64,000 nucleotides of DNA from a virus: positions 18,972 to 82,971 of IMG/VR virus record IMGVR_UViG_3300046004_000818. One strand, given 5' to 3'. Shown piece after piece: positions 20,019 to 29,800 of this stretch (positions are counted from its first letter, which is position 1; each line of letters opens with the position of its first letter). Under the pieces are notes generated by a model that worked only from the letters and a program-made list of their open reading frames with translations, had not been told where the DNA came from and did no database searches. A program made the translations under genes and the position numbers.

Positions 20019-20316
20019 AACTGCGCTTTATCAAATTGGTGGTGGCTTTGGAGGTCTCGGCGCTCTAGTCCTGCTTATACGCTTGGTATATGTGCAATGG
20101 GTTAAGCAGAACCCCGGCATTCAACAAGCTGGAGCAAGTGTAGACATTTACATACTACTGCGTAAAGAGCTTAAAGTGCTCAGCAGAGAGATGCGCTTGA
20201 TGAAGAAGCAAGTAGCGTTACTGGAACACCTATGCCTTGAGAAGGGTATCAACGTACACGAGATATACACCAAGGCCGGGATATTCGATGAGGTCGAGGA
20301 AGACGATGACAAGTAA
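20011..20316 (+). CDS. single-pass membrane protein with coiled coil, possible holin/antiholin
   Basis: N-terminal TM segment, coiled coil, acidic tail; directly upstream of the endolysin. Confidence 0.5.
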   Translation: MTETALYQIGGGFGGLGALVLLIRLVYVQWVKQNPGIQQAGASVDIYILLRKELKVLSREMRLMKKQVALLEHLCLEKGINVHEIYTKAGIFDEVEEDDDK

Positions 20317-20325
20317 GGAGTTGCT

Positions 20326-20724
20326 ATGCAGATTCAAGTTCTAAGAGAGCAGCAGGTAGGCAATGCTACTATAGGCAGTTTGCTTATCGACGGTGCTTTC
20401 CAATGCTACACCCTTGAAGACATAGTGCGTGATGGTCCCAAGGTGATGCACGAGACAGCGATTCCTGCTGGTACCTACAAAGTAATCATCAACTTTAGCA
20501 CTCGCTTCAAGCGTGAACTGCCTCTGCTTTTAGATGTGCCAAACTTTACTGGTGTTCGTATCCATCCCGGCAATACTGCAGCCAACACATCAGGCTGTAT
20601 CCTTGTAGGTACTGCAAAGTCACAGAACAGCATCCTTAACTCTGTTAAGGCCTTTACGCCCTTGTATGAGAAGATGCTCTCTGCTTGGATCAAAAAAGAA
20701 CCTATAGTCCTCAATGTCAAATGA
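20326..20724 (+). CDS. putative endolysin (DUF5675-like)
   Basis: CYTLED, TAIPAGTY, IHPGNT and GCILVG motifs; flanked by membrane protein and spanin genes. Confidence 0.8.
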   Translation: MQIQVLREQQVGNATIGSLLIDGAFQCYTLEDIVRDGPKVMHETAIPAGTYKVIINFSTRFKRELPLLLDVPNFTGVRIHPGNTAANTSGCILVGTAKSQNSILNSVKAFTPLYEKMLSAWIKKEPIVLNVK

Positions 20725-21047
20725 GCTACCTAGTACTCTACGGACCTACAATAGGACTGCTATTCCTAGCAGTCTTTGCTGTGTCCTTGGTAACCTCATG
20801 GCAAAGGCATCACCCCAAGTTCGATCTGTCGGACATACTGACGGGTGATAATGGTAGAGTTAGCTTGTCTAAGCTAGGTGAGGCGTCTGCACTTGTGGTC
20901 AGTACATGGGGCTTTGTTGTATTAACACAACAAGGTAAGCTCTCTGAGAGCTATTTTATAGGTTACATGACTGTCTGGACAGGTGCTAGAATACTCAAAG
21001 CCAAGATAGAGAGCAAATCAAATGAACCCACTAGCCCTAATTCCTAA
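20721..21047 (+). CDS. putative holin
   Basis: 108 aa with 2-3 TM segments between endolysin and spanin; ATG overlaps the endolysin stop. Confidence 0.5.
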   Translation: MSYLVLYGPTIGLLFLAVFAVSLVTSWQRHHPKFDLSDILTGDNGRVSLSKLGEASALVVSTWGFVVLTQQGKLSESYFIGYMTVWTGARILKAKIESKSNEPTSPNS

Positions 21048-21531
21048 ATCTGCTTACGCAGTAGTCATAGCCATGCTAATGGCTACTAGCTGTAGCCTGC
21101 ACTGGGATAACCAAGGGTTGGTGGTAGATATAGCTAAAGAGAAAGTAGTGGTGGCAGACTTGAAAGCTGCTATCAAAACTGCTGACGCTAAGGCTGCTGC
21201 AGAGTCTGCCACCCTGACCAAGAAAGTACTAGAGGCCCAAAATGCTGCAAAGAAACGTGAAGCTATCCTGCTTGCTGATGCTAAGTCTGCCAACACTGCT
21301 CTTGATGGGTTGCGCTTGTCCATCGCCACCGCCAAGTCCTCCTACAATATCGCTAACGTACCCACCTATGCCAGTACTGAGCTTACAGATACCAGCCTCA
21401 AGCTACTCGACCAATGCTCAGAAAGATACACAGTCTTGGCAGCAACAACTGATATCTACGCCAGCTATATCCAAGAAGTAACACAGGCGTGGCCTGTGTT
21501 ACCTATGGTTAAAGCTGTATCACCTGAGTAG
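21022..21531 (+). CDS. i-spanin (Rz-like)
   Basis: N-terminal TM segment plus Ala/Lys coiled coil; contains an out-of-frame lipoprotein ORF. Confidence 0.8.
   Translation: MNPLALIPKSAYAVVIAMLMATSCSLHWDNQGLVVDIAKEKVVVADLKAAIKTADAKAAAESATLTKKVLEAQNAAKKREAILLADAKSANTALDGLRLSIATAKSSYNIANVPTYASTELTDTSLKLLDQCSERYTVLAATTDIYASYIQEVTQAWPVLPMVKAVSPE
21242..21481 (+). CDS. o-spanin (Rz1-like lipoprotein), embedded in Rz
   Basis: signal peptide and lipobox LLMGC followed by a Pro-rich segment; +1 frame inside Rz. Confidence 0.8.
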   Translation: MLQRNVKLSCLLMLSLPTLLLMGCACPSPPPSPPTISLTYPPMPVLSLQIPASSYSTNAQKDTQSWQQQLISTPAISKK

Positions 21532-23557
21532 CAAACGCATCTGCTAGGTTGCTGTGGGTTACAACAACCACTTGATCGTAACCTGTAGCAGCTAGCAACC
21601 CCAACATAGCAGTCTCCCGTTCTTCATCCATACCTGCTGCTGGTTCATCCAGCAGCAGGTAGTCAATGGATGGCAGGAACGTCTTGCTTAAAGCCATGCG
21701 TATTGCAAGGCCCAAGGCATCTAGGGTCGATCCAGACAATCCACCTACAGGTTTGCCGCCTACAGCAAAAGAGTTGGAAGACCTTGTAACGATGCTAGGC
21801 TCTCCCCTGATCTGACTAAAGTAGGTAGAGACAGATGCAAGCACGATAGCCCAGAGTCTACCTGCTACTATTGGCCTAGCTTCACGTAGCTTCTTGATAA
21901 GAGCATTGTTTTTCTGCATCTCTTTTAGGGATTCTTCCAACTTCGCCTTAGACTCCATACTTGCTAGATAGTACCCAAGCTCAGTGTCATGCTTCTGTTG
22001 AGCCTGTTCAAGAGCATTGGCCGCATCCTTGTAGGCACCTAGGGCGGTGTTCACCTCTTGCTGCTTGAGCTTAATGGCTAACCGGGTAGCTTCCTTCTGC
22101 GCTAGCAAGCCTTGTGCCAAAATCTTTGCAGGAGTGTCAACCACCAGACCTTTGGTCTCAGTTAACAGCTTTCCCTGCCTATCTGCCAGTTCAGCATACA
22201 CACCCTTGGCCTTGTCATACTCACGCTGTAGCCGTTCACCCTCACGAATCTCAGCCACATAATCAGGCCAAACCTCAACCTGCTTGGGGACTTCGCCCAC
22301 CCAAGTCAACATCCTTGGGTACCTCTGGTCACCACGTTTCGTGAACTTCTCTGTAGCCCTATGCACAGCTTCTAATTGTGTATTTAGTTTTTGTAAATTT
22401 GTAAGAAATACTCTACGAGCTTTCTTTACCTCTAGGTCAACTGTGATTGAAGCTACCTGATCTTCAGCCTCCTTGATCTTGATAGCATTGGCGGCGTTCT
22501 TTGTGACCACCTCTGGTACATCGCTCAGGTCTTTACCGCACAGACCACAAGCTGTCTCAGTGATGATCAAAGCCTTTGCAGTAGCAGCAGCTAGCTTGTA
22601 ATGGACTATGGCATCAGTCATAAAGCCGATAGCAGCCTCGTTAGCTTTCCACTCCTTGTCAAAGTCATCTACTTGAGTAGTCACTGAGGTTGACTCCCAG
22701 AAGACCTTAAAGGCTTTCTCTTTGATAGTATGCTCCCGCATTGCTTCCAAGCCCCGCTTGGCACCCTCTATATCTACGGTAGGTGGTGTAGGTTCCACCA
22801 ATCTGTCCATAAGCTGATCCATCTCTATGGTGATCTGCTCCCAACGCTGCTCGGCTTTCACCACATCGGCAATGATAGCTCTCTGTGCTTGTTCATCAAT
22901 GGTGTCGTTTTCTTCCAGTGTTTCCAACTCTGTCTTAGCTAGCTGAAGTGCTGCTTTGGTGAAAGCAACTGTTGGCTCTAGGTCTTCTGTATCCAGCACA
23001 GGTTTCTTCAGATCATACAGCGGTGTAAGTGTATCAGTGATTTGCTTGGTGTTGCCGCTAGGTAGTTGATCCTGAATCTTTGATATGAGCATATCAAGCA
23101 GGTCGATGTTAGCCAGCTTCTCAATCAGCGGTACAGCCTCACCAGTTTCCAAGGCTCCACGTAGTCCACCTTGAGAGGCCACCATCAGCTTTGTAGCTGC
23201 GTCTGCATTGACACCGAACAGACGTTCAACATACTTGGTTACTTCTGCTTGTCCATTAGCAGTCTCCGTGCCGTTGGTGATCACTGCACCTGACTTGGAA
23301 CGCACTATCGTATAGGAGACTTGCTCGAATGTGAAAGTCAGTTCTACCTTGAGAGAACCCTCTGGCTTCTCGTAGGTAACGGTTTCTGCCAAGGTCATAG
23401 GTAACGCTCTAGCACCGAACATGGCGTACACAACTGCATGATACAAAGTGCTCTTTCCGGCCTCGTTCGCACCCTTAAGCGCAACTAACCCATCTTGAAA
23501 TTGCACAGTCAGGTCTTCGTGCTTCTTAAAGTTCTTGAGTGTGAGTTTAGTAATCAT
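21509..23557 (-). CDS. SbcC/Rad50-like SMC ATPase
   Basis: Walker A GANEAGKS, coiled coils with CGLC zinc hook, LSG signature, LLLDEP Walker B, VVTH. Confidence 0.93.
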   Translation of the reverse strand: MITKLTLKNFKKHEDLTVQFQDGLVALKGANEAGKSTLYHAVVYAMFGARALPMTLAETVTYEKPEGSLKVELTFTFEQVSYTIVRSKSGAVITNGTETANGQAEVTKYVERLFGVNADAATKLMVASQGGLRGALETGEAVPLIEKLANIDLLDMLISKIQDQLPSGNTKQITDTLTPLYDLKKPVLDTEDLEPTVAFTKAALQLAKTELETLEENDTIDEQAQRAIIADVVKAEQRWEQITIEMDQLMDRLVEPTPPTVDIEGAKRGLEAMREHTIKEKAFKVFWESTSVTTQVDDFDKEWKANEAAIGFMTDAIVHYKLAAATAKALIITETACGLCGKDLSDVPEVVTKNAANAIKIKEAEDQVASITVDLEVKKARRVFLTNLQKLNTQLEAVHRATEKFTKRGDQRYPRMLTWVGEVPKQVEVWPDYVAEIREGERLQREYDKAKGVYAELADRQGKLLTETKGLVVDTPAKILAQGLLAQKEATRLAIKLKQQEVNTALGAYKDAANALEQAQQKHDTELGYYLASMESKAKLEESLKEMQKNNALIKKLREARPIVAGRLWAIVLASVSTYFSQIRGEPSIVTRSSNSFAVGGKPVGGLSGSTLDALGLAIRMALSKTFLPSIDYLLLDEPAAGMDEERETAMLGLLAATGYDQVVVVTHSNLADAFATQVIQL

Positions 23558-23745
23558 AGTTTAGCAATCACAAGTTGAAGAGCTTGGGCTGCTGTAAAGC
23601 CCTCGTTGACAAAAGCAGTGTACTGCATATAGGCATGTTTAGCTGCGAATACCATACGCTGTCTGTTGACAGGTGTACCTAGCTCTGCCATAGCCTCCTT
23701 AAGTAGCTGTGCCATCTTAACAGAATCTTGTTCACTCATTGCCAT
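23554..23745 (-). CDS. small hypothetical protein
   Basis: ends EGFTAAQALQLV, a pattern common in small phage proteins; fills the gap between sbcD and sbcC. Confidence 0.55.
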   Translation of the reverse strand: MAMSEQDSVKMAQLLKEAMAELGTPVNRQRMVFAAKHAYMQYTAFVNEGFTAAQALQLVIAKL

Positions 23746-23749
23746 AGTA

Positions 23750-24760
23750 TTACTCCAAGTTGTGCAAAATTGCAATCTCAGCGGGGTCCAGAACCTCGCC
23801 CAAAGCGGCCCAAACATCAAATGCGCGTACTGATTCAAGTGAGTCGCTGAAGCCTTCCAGACCCTCGTTTGACGCGATCTGGACAGCGTTTGTCACGACC
23901 AAAGCGGGGCTGATCGAACGGAACTTAGCGACTGCGCTAACCACCTGTGCAGCTTGCTCTGCCGTAGCATTGCCAACCATACGAACAAACTTATGGTTGG
24001 TTACTACTGGGTCTGTCCATAGCTGCTCAGTGTACTCACCGCTTTTGTCCATCACTATGTAGTGACCAACCACACCTTCTTCGTCAATACTGGTTCCATA
24101 TTTATAGGAACAACCCTGCCAATCAGATACCGATGTGGCAATCTGATTACCCGGAAGCCGTATCTTGCCTACATGCTTGTGCTGATGCTCATGCCCACAG
24201 ATGATATGCTTAGCCTTGCTAGCTTCTACCTGTTCCTTGGTTATGTTCAAGGACTGATCCGATTGTGCAGCAAACTTGTTGTCATAGTTGACATGCAAGA
24301 ATAGGTAGTCACATTCAGGCACACCTTCCAAAGCTGCATCAAAGGCTTCCTGATTTGGAAGGTGAGGGATCACATAGCCGTAAGGCGTATCAGTAGGTTC
24401 CTTGATAAGGACTACACGACCAGCATAGCTGCTACGCAAATAGTGTAACATAGTTGCTACTAGGTCAAGGCTTGAGGCCACTCCGCTAGTCTTGCTAAGG
24501 TCATGGTTACCTGCCACTAGGTACATATTGCCTGTGGTTCTGTCCAACCAGCTAAGCAGTAGCCTGATAGTCTCTATCGCATCAGAGATATTGACCTCAA
24601 ACTTATCGAACAGATCACCCAAGATCATCAGGTCACCTTGATGCGGCAGCAATGCACCGAACTGTGTAAGCACATAGTTCTTCAGAATCCCCTTGGTCAG
24701 TACAGTGGTACCTGCACTACGTTCCACACCAATGTGGGTATCATTAAGAATGGTTAACAT
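23750..24760 (-). CDS. SbcD/Mre11-like metallophosphoesterase nuclease
   Basis: DTHIG, GDLFD, GNHD and GHEH motifs; adjacent to SbcC. Confidence 0.92.
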   Translation of the reverse strand: MLTILNDTHIGVERSAGTTVLTKGILKNYVLTQFGALLPHQGDLMILGDLFDKFEVNISDAIETIRLLLSWLDRTTGNMYLVAGNHDLSKTSGVASSLDLVATMLHYLRSSYAGRVVLIKEPTDTPYGYVIPHLPNQEAFDAALEGVPECDYLFLHVNYDNKFAAQSDQSLNITKEQVEASKAKHIICGHEHQHKHVGKIRLPGNQIATSVSDWQGCSYKYGTSIDEEGVVGHYIVMDKSGEYTEQLWTDPVVTNHKFVRMVGNATAEQAAQVVSAVAKFRSISPALVVTNAVQIASNEGLEGFSDSLESVRAFDVWAALGEVLDPAEIAILHNLE

Positions 24761-25153
24761 TTGTAACCTCCACTAATATATACTGTTTAACATCTTGAAA
24801 AGGTTCCAAGACTTCTACCAGAGTAGGTTCTTCTGTGTAGTAGGTAGCTGTGATTACTACAGCACTACCGGGATTGAACTCTATCTTTAGACTTGCTAAA
24901 TCTTTGGTAGTCAAGCCCAACCCTTTAGCAAGATCATAGCCCATTTTGTCTGATGTAGCTAGCATGTTATGCTCACTTTCATGTCGTTAGTCCTATCTTC
25001 CAGCAATTTATTCACCATAGCCAGTAGCTCAAAAGCTTGCTCCCTAGTAACTACTATATCCAAACTGATAGGTACATAGTCAGCGTTGTTCCTGCCAAGG
25101 TCCATAGTAACTGTTCTTATGTGAGTTCTACCCTTGCTCAAGTCTATTTGCAT
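24744..25153 (-). CDS. two small hypothetical proteins (24744-24965 and 24959-25153)
   Basis: overlapping ORFs tiling the operon. Confidence 0.5.
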
Positions 25154-25611
25154 TTTAGCGCCTCCCAATTTACGATTAAACCTTGGAGAAGATCAGGCAT
25201 TGTGTACGCCCTTGTGTTTCTAAAATCCCACGAACCTTTGTTAAGAGTCCCGAACCAATCAAGCGGCATCAGCCTCCAGACCTCTGTCGTGCTGTGGTAC
25301 ACGATAACACCACAGATGCTGCCAGCTATTTGGCGCTTCCGCATCCTAGCTCTTTGATCTAGCTCAAAATTACCTACAGGTAATCTGTAGTCATGCGCTA
25401 CTTCCTTGACCTCAAGAAGTAGGTTACGACCTTGGTGGTACAAGACGAAATCCCCGCACCGGGGATTTGCCATTTTACCCATTGATGATCTGGCATCATA
25501 GATACGTTCGTAGGTGAAGTTAGGTAGCGACAGGTCCAGCTTCTTGAACTCCTTGTCTAGCTTTCCTTCCCCCACTTTTCCCCGGTTTGCTTCTGACATA
25601 TTGTTCTCCAT
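25144..25611 (-). CDS. PD-(D/E)XK Holliday junction resolvase (RecU/T5 D14-like)
   Basis: NRGKxxE, GDF and LLEVKE motifs; replication context. Confidence 0.7.
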   Translation of the reverse strand: MENNMSEANRGKVGEGKLDKEFKKLDLSLPNFTYERIYDARSSMGKMANPRCGDFVLYHQGRNLLLEVKEVAHDYRLPVGNFELDQRARMRKRQIAGSICGVIVYHSTTEVWRLMPLDWFGTLNKGSWDFRNTRAYTMPDLLQGLIVNWEALKCK

Positions 25612-25801
25612 CTCTTCTCTCGTTGACTTCTACAAAGGTGTGTCCCTTGGAAGTTTTAACTGGTGTATCCGCTGCCACCTGTGCGGTCAGTCCGTATTTA
25701 TAAATCCTAGTGGTCAGGGTATGTGCGTTGATATTGGCTCTTGCAGCTATCTCCTTAAGAGATAGCTGCTCACCGTTATACATATAACGGATGGGGATCA
25801 T
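25520..25801 (-). CDS. small HTH DNA-binding protein resembling an HNH endonuclease C-terminal domain
   Basis: YNGEQLSLKEIA..NINAHTLTTRI..G aligns by eye with the C-terminus of ORF 46764-47417. Confidence 0.55.
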   Translation of the reverse strand: MIPIRYMYNGEQLSLKEIAARANINAHTLTTRIYKYGLTAQVAADTPVKTSKGHTFVEVNERRDGEQYVRSKPGKSGGRKARQGVQEAGPVAT

Positions 25802-26106
25802 GCTGTGTAATCGTCAGGTGCGCTTACAACGTAATACAAAGTAACCCTTGAAGGATTCAAGGGGCTTGCATGTTTGCCTAACCACTCTTTTAGCTCGGCT
25901 AACCCTGTCATGTCATTACAGTTGTCTATAAACAACCGTGAGCTAAGCTCAGTTATTGGTGTTTTAGTATGCCTAATCTCTTTAAGGGCTTCATCAAGAG
26001 TCATTATCAGCCCATGCGGTTCTAGCGCTCTTTGAAGCTCGTACAGTGCCTCTGTTTTGCCGCTACCTGATACGCCTTGTATCCGAATACATTTTACATT
26101 AGCCAT
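25798..26106 (-). CDS. small P-loop protein
   Basis: GVSGSGKT Walker A and LFID; only 102 aa. Confidence 0.55.
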   Translation of the reverse strand: MANVKCIRIQGVSGSGKTEALYELQRALEPHGLIMTLDEALKEIRHTKTPITELSSRLFIDNCNDMTGLAELKEWLGKHASPLNPSRVTLYYVVSAPDDYTA

Positions 26107-26122
26107 GTTGGTTCCTTGTGAA

Positions 26123-26181
26123 GTTGATTGCCGTTGATTGTCATTGATTGCAGCTATAGAACTATAGAACTATAGCTGCAA
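26123..26181. repeat. three TTGATTG repeats (10-bp period) plus inverted repeat TTGCAGCTATAG...CTATAGCTGCAA
   Basis: read directly in the intergenic gap downstream of thyX. Confidence 0.85.
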
Positions 26182-26186
26182 CTTCA

Positions 26187-26864
26187 TTATAGCCAGTGCC
26201 TTTCAAATGCTGCAACTGCTACCGGCACAATCGGCCTGATAAGCTCTAGCATTCCTTCGGCGTACACCCGAATCTCATACTGAGCGTGGGGGTGTATCCG
26301 CAGTTTGATGAACTTCATCAGGTTCAAGAGGTTGACTGTGCCGAAGCAATGGCTGTAGGTGTTGACAGGTAGCACACCTCTAGCCAGTTCACGAGGACAG
26401 CCCATAGCAATCATGCGATTGTAGAGGTTGAAAGCCGAGGCACACTGATCGACAATGGCAAGCTGCAGGTCCATAGCTAGTGGGTGCATCGTGTCAGTAC
26501 GCATCTGCTTGTTTGTCTCTGACTGTGTCGTGATCTGAGAAAGCTCAGGTACATAGTACTCTTCTGGAAGAGGAGTGTAACGTGCACTGACTTCGTTATA
26601 TGCCCATGTCCTATGACGGTGCCACTGGCGGAAAACGAAGATCGGAGCCTTGATATCGAATGTAAAGGTCACCGACTCAAATGGGCTAGTGTGGTGATTT
26701 TTGACCAGATAGTCTATCAGTTTGGTATCTTTACCTTCGTCATCTCCAGACCTCCATTCAGCGTCATAGCTGACTCGTGCATTACGCACGATAGAGAGGT
26801 CATTGCCCATCGACTCTACAAGCCGAAGATGACCGTGGTTAAGTAGTTTGATTGTTTGTGTCAT
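26187..26864 (-). CDS. thyX: FAD-dependent thymidylate synthase
   Basis: HTSPFE, RQWHRHRTWAYNEVSARY (RHRx7SxR), ARGVLP and HAQYEIR. Confidence 0.97.
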   Translation of the reverse strand: MTQTIKLLNHGHLRLVESMGNDLSIVRNARVSYDAEWRSGDDEGKDTKLIDYLVKNHHTSPFESVTFTFDIKAPIFVFRQWHRHRTWAYNEVSARYTPLPEEYYVPELSQITTQSETNKQMRTDTMHPLAMDLQLAIVDQCASAFNLYNRMIAMGCPRELARGVLPVNTYSHCFGTVNLLNLMKFIKLRIHPHAQYEIRVYAEGMLELIRPIVPVAVAAFERHWL

Positions 26865-26865
26865 G

Positions 26866-29800
26866 TTATTCCTTAGTAAGTTCTTTCAATCCACCATCAA
26901 TAGCTTCCTTAGTAGGAAAGCTGCCTATCTCAATCTGCACACCAAATGAAGGTCCAAAAGATATGCTAGACTCTACAGGTACAGTCATATCGGCATACTG
27001 TTCAACCATGCACTGATGCATAGCAGGGATGAACTTATACAGATCATCTATAGTGCAGCTAGCTACTACTTCATCGTGCACAGGGCCGATGATTTCGCAA
27101 TCAAACAACTGCTCCAACCTAGCCTTGAACATACGGCCTTCTGCCAGCTTGGTCATCTCTGCACAGCTACCTTGAATCTTCGTGTTCACAGCTTGACGCT
27201 CAGCCTTGCTGTTCTCATAACGATCCCGAGAAGTCAGTGCAGGTTGTAAGTGGCGAACTGCACCGAGCTTAGTACGGACATAGCCGATACGCTTGGCCTC
27301 TGCAATGACCTCTTCCTTCCACTCAGCCACTTCTGGAAAGGCAGCTTCCTTGGCGTCGATGTAAGCCTGAGCAGCATCTTCCGAGATAAGCATTGTTGCA
27401 GCTAGCTTCGGAGCCATAGCCCCGTATTCCACAGTGAAGTTAACCTTCTTACCTAACGTACGATAACCTTTGACTGACTTGTACATCGGAGATGTATGGT
27501 CAGCTAGCAACTGTGCAAACAGTTCGTAGGTCCACTCAATCGCAGGTTCTTCCCGCATGGCGATACCAAGACCTGTCAGGCAGTGCATATCCTTGAGGTT
27601 GTCACCAACAAAACAGTCCAGCATATTCTGGTCACGGCTGTAGTCAGCAATCACACGCAATTCCTGAGCAGCAAAGTCCATAGAGATTACTACTGCGTTC
27701 TTCTTGTGCGGTATGATGACCTCACGGAACCTAGCTGCCTGACCCTCTATCTTAGGATGCTTAGGCATCTGTTGCATGTTCGGTGCATTGGAACTAGCAC
27801 GGCGAGTGTTAGTGGCACACTGGTTATGCGAACTGTGGATACGGCCTGTCTTCCAGTGCACAAAGTAGGGGTAGGTCTTATAGTATAGACCACGCCGTGT
27901 CTCTACCATCTTCATCAGTTTCAAGGCGTTGAGTACAGGCTTCTGCTCTGGTGTAGCGTCTTGTGCTTCAGCATAGGCAAAGGCCAGTGCATCAGTCTTT
28001 GGTGACCCTTGAGTAGCTCCAGCTTTTCTAGCGAGAGGCGTAGGCTTGTTATAGACCCGAATAGGTAGACCCATAGTCTCATACATCAGACCCTGCATCT
28101 GCTTGGGGCTACCCGTATTGAAGATAGGCTTGGCAGACCAGAAACTACCTACATAGTTTGTAAGAGCTTCCCAGTTACCACTGGACACAAGCTCTGCCAA
28201 TACTGGCCCACCCTGCTCTCGCATAGCCTCTGCCAGCCGATCCAGCTTGCGTACTGCTGTCTCCAAGGGTTTCTTGTAGACAATCTCAAAGGCTTCCTTC
28301 AACTGTGCTGGTGTCACCTCTGCTGTATACACAGGCTTAACAGTACCAGCCCAACCCTTGCTAACAAGGTAGTCATTGAAGATTGCCTCTGCATTGTTGT
28401 AGGTCTGGTCATCTATGGCCTCCAACTCTTTGGACTTAGCTACGTCACACTTAGTCCCGTGGATGAAGGACTGTACGTGACCATACATAGCGTCTATCTC
28501 TACATCAAGGTAGACTTTCCAATGGTGTTCAAGCTGCATATGCAGCTTAGCAAAGTTGTGGAAGGAGACTGTGCAGATAGTGTCATCGCAACCGTAGTCC
28601 TTGACATGAGCGCCTGTCAGTTCCCGCATCTTGTACTGCACACCGTCGATGGTAGTAACAGTTTTGTAATCTACTTGGTCGTAGTTGAACCAACGTTTTG
28701 AGAGTTTCTTGAGTCCTCGGCTTTCATTTTCATCAACATAAGACGCCTCAAGGATAGTATCAAGCACGTTCGGTAACAAGCCTTCAGAACCATTGTCTTC
28801 CCAACCCTTCGACCACCCGTTATATAGTACAGTACCTTCGAAGGAGAAGTTGTGGATGATGAACTGTGTACCGGCATCTGCTAACTCCTTGATGAAAGCT
28901 TTTAGGTCTTCACTGGATACATTGTCGGTAGCTGTATGATCTACCGAGATATAGGCAGTGTGCTGCAGATTACGCCCATAGGTCAAGGACATACCTGTAA
29001 GCTCTGAACCGATCACATCAACACCAGCACCCTCTTCCTTACCTTGTGCTTGCAGCCACTCATCTGACTCATCTGGTGTAGATGTTTCAATGTCTAGGCC
29101 CACATACTCGCTGACCCCTATTAGCGGCCTAGCTTTTTGTTTGAAGGCTTCCCAGTTAGAAGCAGTAATCAGTTTGGCTGTGTAGTTCCAGTGAGCTAGA
29201 CGCTCATCCTTCACCTCGCCACGGATCAAGCCCGGTGTAAATTGCAGAGGATTCTGCAATGTGTTGACCCACTCAGGGTAGATTCGAGCCAGTTTGTAGG
29301 ACAGCAGGAAGTCTTCACGACCTTTGTAGATTTTGTCTACCATCTTGTTGTCTAGCTCTGGTATCAGATCATCAAGGCTACCGATCCTAGCCATACGGTC
29401 TAGCTCTGCCATACCATCTACACCAAACTCCTTGTAGAAGTCAGGCCACGCCTTGTCAACTCCAAACTGCTTGATGCCTGTAATACTGTCACTAGTGTCA
29501 CCGACCAGAGCTTTGTAAACAGTTACAAAGCGTGTAGGGAAATCACCATACTTGTTCTCACCCTTGACACCGTTAATCAGAACAGTTATCTCAGCACCGT
29601 AAGCATTGGTGCCGTTGAGTACTGTCATGTCTCCGTCGTTAGTAGAGATAAACAAATCTTCCTCAGAGTTGACAGCCAGATAACCAAGTATATCGTCACC
29701 TTCTACGCTATCTTGTGTAACGGAACAGGCACCGAGCGACCCGAAAACCTGCTGCAAGCGGTCACGAAGGGCTTGAAATTCAATGTAGGCATCGACAGCC

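Noticed and set aside
22032-22042. 11-nt match TAGGCACCTAG in sbcC to the core of the 53.4-kb unit, as a possible antisense target
   Set aside because: Short, CTAG-based match that is plausible by chance in this composition.
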